A stretch of DNA of 36,167 nt, from assembly GCA_039810425.1 (NCBI GenBank), contig JBDHWW010000031.1:1-36167 (forward strand). Direction: 5' to 3'. This DNA comes from Pseudobdellovibrionaceae bacterium. GTDB lineage: Bacteria > Bdellovibrionota > Bdellovibrionia > Bdellovibrionales > Bdellovibrionaceae. Shown here piece after piece: positions 17,494-26,193 of this stretch (position 1 is the stretch's first letter; every line of letters begins with the position of its first letter). The translations under genes were made by a program, and so were the position numbers. The notes beneath the pieces were generated by a model. The model was given only the letters and a program-made list of their open reading frames with translations, was not told where the DNA came from and ran no database searches.

Positions 17494-20400
17494 TTGCCTC
17501 GCAGAGCTGATATTAAAAGAGTCTTGATTATCGGTAGCGGCCCCATTGTTATCGGCCAGGCCTGTGAATTTGACTATTCCGGAACCCAAGCCTGCAAGGC
17601 GCTCATGAAAGAAGGACTCGAGGTCATTCTGGTGAACTCGAATCCCGCGACGATCATGACCGATCCCGAAGTGGCGACACGAGTTTATGTTGAGCCACTC
17701 AAAGCCGACTTCCTCGAAAAAATCATTGCTAAAGAAAAGCCGGATGCGGTGATCCCCACTCTGGGGGGCCAAACGGCTCTGAATCTCGCGCTAGAGCTGC
17801 ACAAGCAAGGCATTCTTGAAAAATACAAAGTCGAGCTTCTGGGGGCGACCCCAAAAGTGATTGAGGCTGCCGAAGATCGCGAAATTTTCCGCGGTATTCT
17901 CGATACTGTTGGCGCCAAGTATCCGAAGAGCCACATGGTGCGGACCTACGAGCAAGGTCAGCAAGTTGCTGACCAACTCGGCTATCCGCTGATTTTGCGC
18001 CCGAACTACACGTTGGGGGGAGGGGGCGGTGGTATCGCCTATACTCCGGAAGCTTATCAGAAAATGCTCGTAGGCGCTCTTCACGAGAGCCCCACCTCCG
18101 AAGTTCTTGTTGAAGAAAGCATTCTTGGCTGGAAAGAGTATGAGCTTGAGGTCATGCGTGATGCGGCGGGTTCTTTCGTGGTCGTTTGTACCATCGAGAA
18201 TTTGGATCCTTGCGGCGTGCATACTGGTGACAGTATCACCGTGGCTCCTCAGCAGACGTTAAGTGATCAAGAATATCAATCGATGCGTGATGAGGCCTAC
18301 AAAATCATCAATGAAGTCGGCCTCGCAACAGGTGGCGCGAATATTCAGTTCGCGACTCATCCGAAGACAGGGGAGCGCGTGGTGATCGAGATGAACCCGC
18401 GTGTGAGCCGTTCTTCAGCACTTGCAAGTAAAGCAACGGGCTTCCCCATAGCCAAGATTGCCGCATTGTTGGCCATTGGCTACCGTTTAGACGAAATCCG
18501 CAACGATATCACGAAGACGACGCCTTCCTGCTATGAGCCGGCGCTGGATTACGTTGTGACTAAGATCCCTCGGTTTGCTTTCGAGAAATTCCCGGGTTCT
18601 AAAGATGCTTTGAATACACAAATGAAGAGCGTCGGTGAAGTCATGGGGATTGGCCGTACTTTGCAAGAGTCTTTGATGAAAGCTCTTTGTTCGATGGAAA
18701 AGACTCCGCAGGGCGTGCCGGATGTCACTCTTTCCATTGATAGACTTTCATATCCGAATAGCCAGCGGATTTATCATCTCTTCCAAAGCTTCCGAGAGGG
18801 GATGACGGTCGCTGAAGTGCAGGATTTAACTCAGATCAACCCTTGGTTTCTCGAGCAAATCGAAGCGCTGGTTTTATTCGAAAAGAAATTTAGAGGCGAA
18901 TTTAGTCCGGCGAAGAGTGATCTCTTGCTTGAGGGAAAACGCAAAGGCTTTAGTGATGCGCGCTTAGCTGCCCTGGTTGGCAAATCGGAGCAAGATCTCC
19001 GCGATTTACGTGATAAGCATAATCTTCACCCTCGCTTCCAGCAGGTGGATACTTGCGCGGGCGAGTTTGAATCCTCCACACCTTACTTCTATTCTTCTTA
19101 CTGGTTTAATAAGAGCGTGCCTTTGAAAAGTAAGAATCCGGTTGTATTGATTGGCAGCGGGCCGAACCGTATCGGGCAAGGGATAGAGTTTGACTACTCT
19201 TGTGTTCGTGGCGTAAAGGCCTTCCAAAAAGCCGGCTACCCGGTCATCATGGTGAACTCGAACCCTGAAACGGTGTCGACGGACTACGATACCTCGGATG
19301 TTTTGTTCTTTGAACCACTCACTGCAGAGAGTTTAATTGAGATTATGCGCTACGCGAAGCCAATGGGTTTTGTCACTCAGCTGGGTGGTCAAACACCCAT
19401 TAACTTGGCGCCAGAGCTACAGCAGGCCGGTTTTACAGTCCTCGGTTCCAATCTTGAAACAATTGAACTTGCGGAAGACCGCGGCCTCTTCAGCAAAATT
19501 TGTCGTGAACTCGATTTGAAGATTCCAAACTCCGCGATGGCGGCAAGCCTCGACGAGGCACTGGTGAAAGAACCTCATGTCGGATATCCGATGATTCTTC
19601 GCCCAAGCTACGTTCTTGGCGGCCGTCGTATGGAAGTTGTCGAGAATCGTGAAGAGTTGCAAAGCTACTTCGAACGTCATCGTGATTTCATCTCTGTGGA
19701 GCGTCCTTGTATGATTGATCAGTTCCTCGTGGGGGCTCTTGAGGTGGACGTGGACTTGGTTCGTGGCTTGGATTGGACCCTGATCGGCGGGATCGTTGAG
19801 CATATCGAGGCGGCCGGAGTACATTCTGGTGATAGCATGGGCGTTTTGCCTCCCCAGCGTTTGAAGGAGTCTACGTGTGAACGCATTGAACTCCTAAGTA
19901 TTCAACTCGCGGAGCGCTTGAAGGTGATTGGGCATCTGAATCTCCAGTTGGCGATTAAAAATGATGTGATCTACGTGCTAGAAGCAAATCCTCGAAGCTC
20001 CCGTTCAGTTCCATTTATCGCCAAAGCCACGGGCATTCCGTTGATCGATTTGGGAGTTGCGGCGGTTTGCGGAGTGACGAAATCTCAGCTGAAGCTTGAG
20101 AGCCTCCAATGGCGGGATGTTTCGACGGTTTCCGTAAAGGGTGTTGTCTTCCCGTTCAAGAAGTTCCCAGAGGCCGATTCTATTCTTGGTCCAGAAATGA
20201 AATCAACGGGCGAAAGCATGGGGCGTGGAAATGATTATGCCGAGGCACTTATGAAGGCCTTTATTTCGAGCAATGTTTCCCTGCCGCAAAAAGGCGAAGT
20301 CTTCTTCTCTTTGCGTGATAAAGATAAAGAGAACTTGCTTGGTTTGGCCCGAATCCTTGTCAAGATGGGCTATTCGATTTCCGCAACGTCAGGGACGGCC

Positions 20401-20691
20401 GCCTATTTTAACCAGAAAGGTGTTCAATGTCTGGCGCTTCGTAAAGTCGATGAGGGCCGCCCTCACTGTGTGGATAGAATTCGCTCGGGTCATGTCAGTT
20501 TGGTTATCAATACGACGGCCGGCCGCCGGGCGATCGAAGCGAGTTTCGATATCCGCCGGGCATGTACGGACTATAGTATTCCATGCTTGACCGAAAGCGA
20601 TGCCGCTGAAGCCTTTGTTCTGGCCCTAAGAAAAGCAAGAACAGGTCAAAGTGATGTCCAGCCTTTGAGGGCTACAGAAGTCTTTATTTGA
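17494..20691 (+). CDS. carB: Carbamoyl-phosphate synthase large subunit
   Basis: AGGAG RBS and TTG start; '[17 protein letters not shown]', duplicated ATP-grasp halves, 'GPEMKSTGE', C-terminal MGS domain. Confidence 0.97.
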   Translation: MPRRADIKRVLIIGSGPIVIGQACEFDYSGTQACKALMKEGLEVILVNSNPATIMTDPEVATRVYVEPLKADFLEKIIAKEKPDAVIPTLGGQTALNLALELHKQGILEKYKVELLGATPKVIEAAEDREIFRGILDTVGAKYPKSHMVRTYEQGQQVADQLGYPLILRPNYTLGGGGGGIAYTPEAYQKMLVGALHESPTSEVLVEESILGWKEYELEVMRDAAGSFVVVCTIENLDPCGVHTGDSITVAPQQTLSDQEYQSMRDEAYKIINEVGLATGGANIQFATHPKTGERVVIEMNPRVSRSSALASKATGFPIAKIAALLAIGYRLDEIRNDITKTTPSCYEPALDYVVTKIPRFAFEKFPGSKDALNTQMKSVGEVMGIGRTLQESLMKALCSMEKTPQGVPDVTLSIDRLSYPNSQRIYHLFQSFREGMTVAEVQDLTQINPWFLEQIEALVLFEKKFRGEFSPAKSDLLLEGKRKGFSDARLAALVGKSEQDLRDLRDKHNLHPRFQQVDTCAGEFESSTPYFYSSYWFNKSVPLKSKNPVVLIGSGPNRIGQGIEFDYSCVRGVKAFQKAGYPVIMVNSNPETVSTDYDTSDVLFFEPLTAESLIEIMRYAKPMGFVTQLGGQTPINLAPELQQAGFTVLGSNLETIELAEDRGLFSKICRELDLKIPNSAMAASLDEALVKEPHVGYPMILRPSYVLGGRRMEVVENREELQSYFERHRDFISVERPCMIDQFLVGALEVDVDLVRGLDWTLIGGIVEHIEAAGVHSGDSMGVLPPQRLKESTCERIELLSIQLAERLKVIGHLNLQLAIKNDVIYVLEANPRSSRSVPFIAKATGIPLIDLGVAAVCGVTKSQLKLESLQWRDVSTVSVKGVVFPFKKFPEADSILGPEMKSTGESMGRGNDYAEALMKAFISSNVSLPQKGEVFFSLRDKDKENLLGLARILVKMGYSISATSGTAAYFNQKGVQCLALRKVDEGRPHCVDRIRSGHVSLVINTTAGRRAIEASFDIRRACTDYSIPCLTESDAAEAFVLALRKARTGQSDVQPLRATEVFI

Positions 20692-20715
20692 AAATTCACC
20701 GAATCTGAATAGAAT
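20688..20715 (+). promoter_or_regulatory. Candidate sigma-70 promoter of the ABC-pilD genes
   Basis: TTGAAA-N16-TAGAAT ending 7 nt before ATG 20723. Confidence 0.5.
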
Positions 20716-20722
20716 AAGCCTC

Positions 20723-21466
20723 ATGGCTATTCTAGAAGTTAAGAAGCTAAATAAAACATTTCCTGGCGGGTTTTTCGAAAAACCCCGCCATATTCTGAAG
20801 GACGTGACCTTTTCCCTCCCCTCCGGCGAGACCACGGGTTTTGTTGGAAGCAATGGGTCTGGAAAAACGACTTCGATCAAGTGCATGCTTGATTTTATGT
20901 GCCGCGACTCCGGGGAAATCCTCTTTTTTGGTAAACCTTTGGATCCCAACGCCAAACGACGCATTGGCTATTTGCCGGAACGACCTTATTTGTATGAATT
21001 TTTGAGCGGGATGGAATTCCTTCGCCTGCATTGGAATCTCGTGCAGGACTCCGGGAAAGAATTTATCGGTCGTGCCCATGAAGCTCTGAAGCGGGTGGAT
21101 CTGTTTGAGGCTCGCGATAAGAAGTTGCGCCAATTTTCCAAAGGGATGTTGCAAAGAGTGGGGATCGCGCAGGCGATTCTCAATAGGCCGGATTTACTTA
21201 TTTTAGATGAGCCGATGTCCGGCCTGGACCCCGATGGCCGTGGCTTGGTAAAAGATATTTTGCGCGATGAAGCCAAACGCGGGACCAGTTTGTTTTTCAG
21301 CAGTCATCTTTTACAGGACATGGAAGAACTTTGCTCCCACTTGGTTGTTATTAATAAAGGAATTGTCATTTACGATGGCGAGCTCACGCCGTTTATGCAA
21401 CAGTACACGAGTCTTGAGGATGCTTTCCGCTTTGCCAAAGAGGTCAAAGAGGGAGGGGTCTCGTGA
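20723..21466 (+). CDS. ABC transporter ATP-binding protein (myxobacterial PilH-like)
   Basis: GSNGSGKTT, 'IGYLPERPY', 'FSKGMLQRVGIAQA', 'LILDEPMSGLDP', 'SSH'; upstream of pilD. Confidence 0.9.
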   Translation: MAILEVKKLNKTFPGGFFEKPRHILKDVTFSLPSGETTGFVGSNGSGKTTSIKCMLDFMCRDSGEILFFGKPLDPNAKRRIGYLPERPYLYEFLSGMEFLRLHWNLVQDSGKEFIGRAHEALKRVDLFEARDKKLRQFSKGMLQRVGIAQAILNRPDLLILDEPMSGLDPDGRGLVKDILRDEAKRGTSLFFSSHLLQDMEELCSHLVVINKGIVIYDGELTPFMQQYTSLEDAFRFAKEVKEGGVS

Positions 21467-22224
21467 AAAAAGTTTTAGTGATTGCTAAAACCACCCTTCA
21501 AGAGATGATCCGCGAACGCTTATTCATCGTTATTGTCTTTATGGCGGCGGTTCTCCTCGGAATCAGTTTGCTGTTGGGAGCGCTCTCTTTTAGTGAACAG
21601 CAACGAATTTTAGCCAACTTGGGGTTCACCGCTATTGAGGTTGCTTCGGTCGGCATTTCGCTTTTTGCGGGGGCCTTTCTTCTCGCCAAGGAAATCGAGA
21701 AACAAACATTGTTGCTGGTATTGGCACGTCCTATTTCCCGGGATCAATTTCTCATGGGAAAAGTGGTTGGGATTCTTGCCCTGAATACCATGATGGTTTT
21801 AGTCTTGGGATTTGTGCTGTATTTCCTTTTGGGGGCGAACCCGAGTTTCAGTAGTTTCTTTGTCATCCTCTCTTCGATTTGGTTTGAAGCGGCAATTGTT
21901 TTATCCCTCGTCATCTTTTTTAGTACTGTTGTTCGTCCGATTTTAGCGCTCTTGATGGCTTTTGGTATCCTGATGCTCGGTCAATGGATCCCTGATTTAC
22001 AGTTTTTTGCCGAGAAAAGTAAAGAGATGCTCTTTATCAATGGCGTGAAGATTGTGACTTGGGTGACCCCAAATCTTTTCCGTTTTAACTGGAAAAGTTA
22101 TTACTTCCTCGAACTCGGTTTTGATAGCCAGGACGTGCTGTGGATGATTGCCCATTCCTTTGGTTGGGCATTGATTTTTTTTGTATTTGCCTGCCTTACT
22201 TTCAGGAGAAAAGACATTGTCTGA
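21463..22224 (+). CDS. ABC-2 type permease (PilI-like)
   Basis: About six TM segments; 'KEIEKQTLLLVLARPISRDQFLMGK', C-terminal 'FRRKD'; GGAGG RBS and GTGA overlap. Confidence 0.87.
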   Translation: MKKVLVIAKTTLQEMIRERLFIVIVFMAAVLLGISLLLGALSFSEQQRILANLGFTAIEVASVGISLFAGAFLLAKEIEKQTLLLVLARPISRDQFLMGKVVGILALNTMMVLVLGFVLYFLLGANPSFSSFFVILSSIWFEAAIVLSLVIFFSTVVRPILALLMAFGILMLGQWIPDLQFFAEKSKEMLFINGVKIVTWVTPNLFRFNWKSYYFLELGFDSQDVLWMIAHSFGWALIFFVFACLTFRRKDIV

Positions 22225-23008
22225 TTTAGATGGATTTTTCTACGTCGCATTCTTTCTTCTCGGTGCCTGCATTGGCAGTTTTGCCAATGTCATTATCTAT
22301 CGTATGCCGAAAGGCGAGAGTATCGTCACGCCACGCAGTCATTGTCAGAACTGCGGAAAAAATGTGGCTTGGTACGATAACATTCCCATGATTTCCTGGC
22401 TCATTTTGCGCGGTAAGTGCCGCCACTGTGGGGCTAAATTTTCCTTCCGTTACTTTTTTGTCGAGTTACTGACCGCGGGCTTATTTACTTTGGCGTATTT
22501 CTACTTGGGGCTAACTTGGAATTTGCTGGAAGCGTTGCTGTTCATATTCCCTCTTGTTTGTTGCGTCTTCATTGATTTTGATCACATGATTCTTCCAGAT
22601 GAATTTACCTTGTCTGGCATTGTGATCGGGCTCATCGGGGCGTGGCTGAATCCTCAGCGGGAATTCTTGGATGCGCTTTTGGGAGTGCTTATGGGTGGCG
22701 GATTTCTTTGGGCGATGGCCTATCTCTACTACGTTTTCACCAAGCAGGAGGGCATGGGGGGTGGCGATATCAAGCTTTTAGCTTGGATCGGGGCGGTCAT
22801 GGGATGGAAGGCTGTGCCGTTTGTGATTATGACTTCTGCAATTGTCGGCAGTGTCGTGGGGCTTATTCTCGCAAGAAAACAAAAAGAAGGTTTGAAAACG
22901 ATGATTCCCTTCGGTCCGTATCTGGCCCTTGGTGCGGTAATCTATATGTTTGGCGGCCAGACTATAGCCCTGTGGTATTTTAATCTGTTTCTTCCAGCCT
23001 TTAGCTAG
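22217..23008 (+). CDS. pilD: Prepilin peptidase / N-methyltransferase
   Basis: 'GSFANVIIYRMP', CxxC pairs (CQNC, CRHC), 'IDFDHMILPD', 'GMGGGDIKL', 'PFGPYL'; TTG 22217 after an AGGAG RBS. Confidence 0.94.
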   Translation: MSDLDGFFYVAFFLLGACIGSFANVIIYRMPKGESIVTPRSHCQNCGKNVAWYDNIPMISWLILRGKCRHCGAKFSFRYFFVELLTAGLFTLAYFYLGLTWNLLEALLFIFPLVCCVFIDFDHMILPDEFTLSGIVIGLIGAWLNPQREFLDALLGVLMGGGFLWAMAYLYYVFTKQEGMGGGDIKLLAWIGAVMGWKAVPFVIMTSAIVGSVVGLILARKQKEGLKTMIPFGPYLALGAVIYMFGGQTIALWYFNLFLPAFS

Positions 23009-23018
23009 ACCCACTCGT

Positions 23019-23047
23019 TTGACATTCGCGCTCCGTACAGAAATAAT
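23019..23047 (+). promoter_or_regulatory. Candidate sigma-70 promoter of pilMNOPQ
   Basis: TTGACA-N17-AATAAT in the AT-rich pilD-pilM gap. Confidence 0.5.
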
Positions 23048-23141
23048 TTTAGTAACAGACCTGCGTCTAAATATTTGGTTATAGGCCTTAACTAAAGTAT
23101 TTAATTTTTTAGACCAGAGTCTGAAGTGGTGGCTATAAAAC

Positions 23142-24197
23142 ATGCTCTTTCCGTCTAAAAAAGTTTTAGGACTCGACATTGGAACGAGTTCTATAAAAAT
23201 TGCAGAACTTGATGTCTCGCGTGGTGGGGCTCAGCTCAATTCTTTTGGATTTGCGCCAACGCCGGCCAATTCGGTCGCGGCCGGCGAGATTTCTGACGTC
23301 ACTTCTGTTGGTATCGCAGTACAAGGCCTCATTGGTGAGATCGGTTCCAAAAGAAAGCATGTCTCTACGGGTATGTGGGGAACAGCGGTCATTGTTAAGA
23401 AAATCACTATTCCTAAAATGGATCCAAAACTCATTCAGGATCAGATTCGTTTCGAAGCGGAACAATACATTCCTTTCGACATCAATAACATCAGTCTTGC
23501 CCACCACGTTCTTGGAACGAGCTCTTCCGAGGACACCATTGACTTGTTGTTGATCGCCGCCCAGAACGAGCTCGTATTCCAATACTCTGCGGTGGTTGAA
23601 GCCACGGGCCTAAAATGCAGTGTTTTGGATGTGAGCGGTTTCGCTCTTGCAAACTGTTTTGAAGCGAACTACGGAAAATTCACCCGCGATGTCGTCGGTA
23701 TTTTGAATTTCGGCGCTTCGATCACCAACTTTGTCGTGATCCACAATGGCGATGTCGTTTTCTGCCGCGATATTCCAGTCGGTGGTTTGAATTACACGAA
23801 CGAGATTCACAAGAGCCTCGGTATTTCCGCTCAAGAAGCAGAGGCTTTGAAGTTGAGTGCGGTCTCGCGCCGCGGGGAAGTTCCGGCGGACGTTCACAAT
23901 ATTATTGCTTCCACGAATGATATGGTGACGGAAGAGGTTCGTAACAGTCTCGACTTCTTGAGCGCGACCACAAACGGTCTGGCTTTGACTCGTTGTTTTT
24001 ACACAGGTGGCAGCTCATCGACGACGGGCTTGATCGACAATGTTTCACGTGTGACGGGAATCCCGTTTGAGCCATTTAATCCGTTTGCAAAAATTAACGC
24101 GAATCCAAAAAAATTCTCTCGTGAGTACTTGAGTCAAATTAGTCATTTTGCCGCTATTGCGACGGGCCTCGGCATGCGCAAGCTGGGAGACGGCTAA
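23142..24197 (+). CDS. pilM: Type IV pilus assembly protein PilM
   Basis: Actin-like 'LGLDIGTSSIK', 'EAEQYIPF', 'TGGSS', 'IATGLGMR'. Confidence 0.93.
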   Translation: MLFPSKKVLGLDIGTSSIKIAELDVSRGGAQLNSFGFAPTPANSVAAGEISDVTSVGIAVQGLIGEIGSKRKHVSTGMWGTAVIVKKITIPKMDPKLIQDQIRFEAEQYIPFDINNISLAHHVLGTSSSEDTIDLLLIAAQNELVFQYSAVVEATGLKCSVLDVSGFALANCFEANYGKFTRDVVGILNFGASITNFVVIHNGDVVFCRDIPVGGLNYTNEIHKSLGISAQEAEALKLSAVSRRGEVPADVHNIIASTNDMVTEEVRNSLDFLSATTNGLALTRCFYTGGSSSTTGLIDNVSRVTGIPFEPFNPFAKINANPKKFSREYLSQISHFAAIATGLGMRKLGDG

Positions 24198-24808
24198 TGA
24201 TTCGTATTAACTTAGCAAGCTCAAAACAAGTTTCCAGCAGCGGGGGCTCAGGTGCAGTAGAGGATGGCGGCGAAATCGTCGTAACGGAACAGGTTCGTAA
24301 GGACGCCCTAGTCAAGTTGTTGGTTATTTTAATCGCACCCCTCAGTCTCTATATTTACGAGCAACAAAATATTCCTACAATCCGTGCGGAGCTTGCTCGT
24401 AAACAGAACTCTTTGGCTCAGTTGCAGGCGTTCAACGCTAAAGCGGAGAGCTCAGTTCAAGAAATTAAAAAGTTTAAAGAGGATGAAAAGAAAATTCAGG
24501 CGCGTATTACAGTTCTCGAGAAGCTTGCCAAGGATCGCTTCCGTGAAGTGAAAGTTCTTGATCTTTTTCAACAGGTTATTCCAGAGAGAGTTTGGTTTAC
24601 TCGTTTGGATATTAAAGCAGGCAAAGTTCTTCTTGCGGGATTTTCCACAAGTGACATCGATATTTCAACCTTTATGGACTCCTTGTCTAAAAGCGTTTTC
24701 TTGCAGGAAGTGGTTCTGGTGAGCTCCAGCGAACATATTCAAGATGGGATGACTTTAAAAAAGTTTGAAATCAGTTGTGTCTTAGAAAAGATGGGGCCAC
24801 GTCCATGA
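24197..24808 (+). CDS. pilN: Type IV pilus assembly protein PilN
   Basis: N-terminal 'MIRINL' PilM-binding motif, TM, coiled coil, 'IPERVWFT'. Confidence 0.9.
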   Translation: MIRINLASSKQVSSSGGSGAVEDGGEIVVTEQVRKDALVKLLVILIAPLSLYIYEQQNIPTIRAELARKQNSLAQLQAFNAKAESSVQEIKKFKEDEKKIQARITVLEKLAKDRFREVKVLDLFQQVIPERVWFTRLDIKAGKVLLAGFSTSDIDISTFMDSLSKSVFLQEVVLVSSSEHIQDGMTLKKFEISCVLEKMGPRP

Positions 24809-25428
24809 ATCAGCTGTTTGAAAAGCTAGCAGGGCTATCGAATGGAAAGGCAATCATTATTGGTATAATGGTAGGGCTCGCATATTACTTTATGATGTAC
24901 GATGATGGCAAGGCTCTGGAAGCACAGGTTGCGGTCATGGCAGGACAACTGCAGCAAGCAGAAGCCAAGAAGAAGGACACAGAGGCGACTTTAGCCGAAG
25001 AGGCGCGTATGAAGGATGCGGTTAGAAAACTCAGCCAACAGTATGCCTTTATCGCAAAAAAACTTCCCTCGGATTTAAAATCCTCTGAAATGATTCGGGG
25101 AATTGATAGTGTTGCTAAAATGGCCGGAGTGAGTGTAAAGCTTAAAAAACCGGGTATCGTCGCAAAAAAAGAAGTTGTTGAAGAATTGCCTGTCGATGTG
25201 ACGTTAGAAGGCAGCTATGCACAAATTGCGCAGTTCGTATTTTTAACTTCAAATCTGGAGCGATTGACACGGGTTTTGAACTTCTCTGTAGTGGCGCAGA
25301 ACGATACGAAAGAGAGGCCCTTGCGTTTTGAAGGACAGGTTGTCAGTTACAAACTCGCTCCTGAGCCCGAAAAGCCCAAAGGGGGGGCGGCGGGAGCTGC
25401 TCCGAATTCACAGGGGCGGGCTGAGTGA
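24805..25428 (+). CDS. pilO: Type IV pilus assembly protein PilO
   Basis: TM plus coiled coil, 'KLPS', 'ELPVDVTLEGSYAQIAQF...LERL'; ATGA overlap with pilN. Confidence 0.9.
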   Translation: MNQLFEKLAGLSNGKAIIIGIMVGLAYYFMMYDDGKALEAQVAVMAGQLQQAEAKKKDTEATLAEEARMKDAVRKLSQQYAFIAKKLPSDLKSSEMIRGIDSVAKMAGVSVKLKKPGIVAKKEVVEELPVDVTLEGSYAQIAQFVFLTSNLERLTRVLNFSVVAQNDTKERPLRFEGQVVSYKLAPEPEKPKGGAAGAAPNSQGRAE

Positions 25429-26168
25429 GGTCAACACGCTGGGTGATTACATACATTGTGATGGCTTCGGTAGGTTTGTGGTTAGCCTTTTTCATGAGTT
25501 TGAAATTCATGACTCCAGGACATACTCAAACTCCGCCAGCAGGTGCTGGAGCTCAAAAAATGGAACCTCCATCTCCGGGCGATCTGCCGCCTGAATTTAT
25601 GCAGGAGACAGCGCCCACGCCGCAAGCGGGAGGGAGTATCCCTCCGCCCCCCACTCAGCCACCACAGGTGCCGGCGAACGTAGAAGGGGTCCCCGCTTCA
25701 CCCGATGTGCCGGCGGCGGAAGCCACTCCTCCGATGATACCAGCGACCGAGCCGGCAGAAGAGGCGTCCCCTCATGAGGAGTCCGGTGTGAGTGTAGCTC
25801 CGCAGTTTGCTTCGGATGACCAGTACACTTACGATCCAACGGGCCGCCGCGATCCGTTTAAGCCATACCGAACGTATCGTCCGCCGCCAGTGGCAGGACC
25901 GGCGAAGGTAATAGATTTGTCTGATCCTCTGCAAAGATGGGATTTAAGTCGTTTTAATGTGGTCGCTATTCTGTGGGAAGTCCGTCATCCAAAAGCGATG
26001 GTGAAAGACCCGGATGGCAAGATATATATGATTGGTAAACGTACAAAAATTGGACGCAACTCAGGACAAGTTATCGCTATCCGTGAGGGTGAGGTCGTAG
26101 TTGTCGAAACTATTGAAAATGAAGGCGTCCAGACTAAAGAAGTTAAGATACTCGAACTTAAGAAATAG
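25425..26168 (+). CDS. pilP: Type IV pilus assembly protein PilP with a long Pro-rich linker
   Basis: 'YDPTGRRDPF', 'PLQRWDL', 'AMVKDPDGK...IGRNSGQVIAI'; position between pilO and pilQ. Confidence 0.88.
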   Translation: MRSTRWVITYIVMASVGLWLAFFMSLKFMTPGHTQTPPAGAGAQKMEPPSPGDLPPEFMQETAPTPQAGGSIPPPPTQPPQVPANVEGVPASPDVPAAEATPPMIPATEPAEEASPHEESGVSVAPQFASDDQYTYDPTGRRDPFKPYRTYRPPPVAGPAKVIDLSDPLQRWDLSRFNVVAILWEVRHPKAMVKDPDGKIYMIGKRTKIGRNSGQVIAIREGEVVVVETIENEGVQTKEVKILELKK

Positions 26169-26193
26169 GTTCGCATAGAATCAGGAGGAACTA

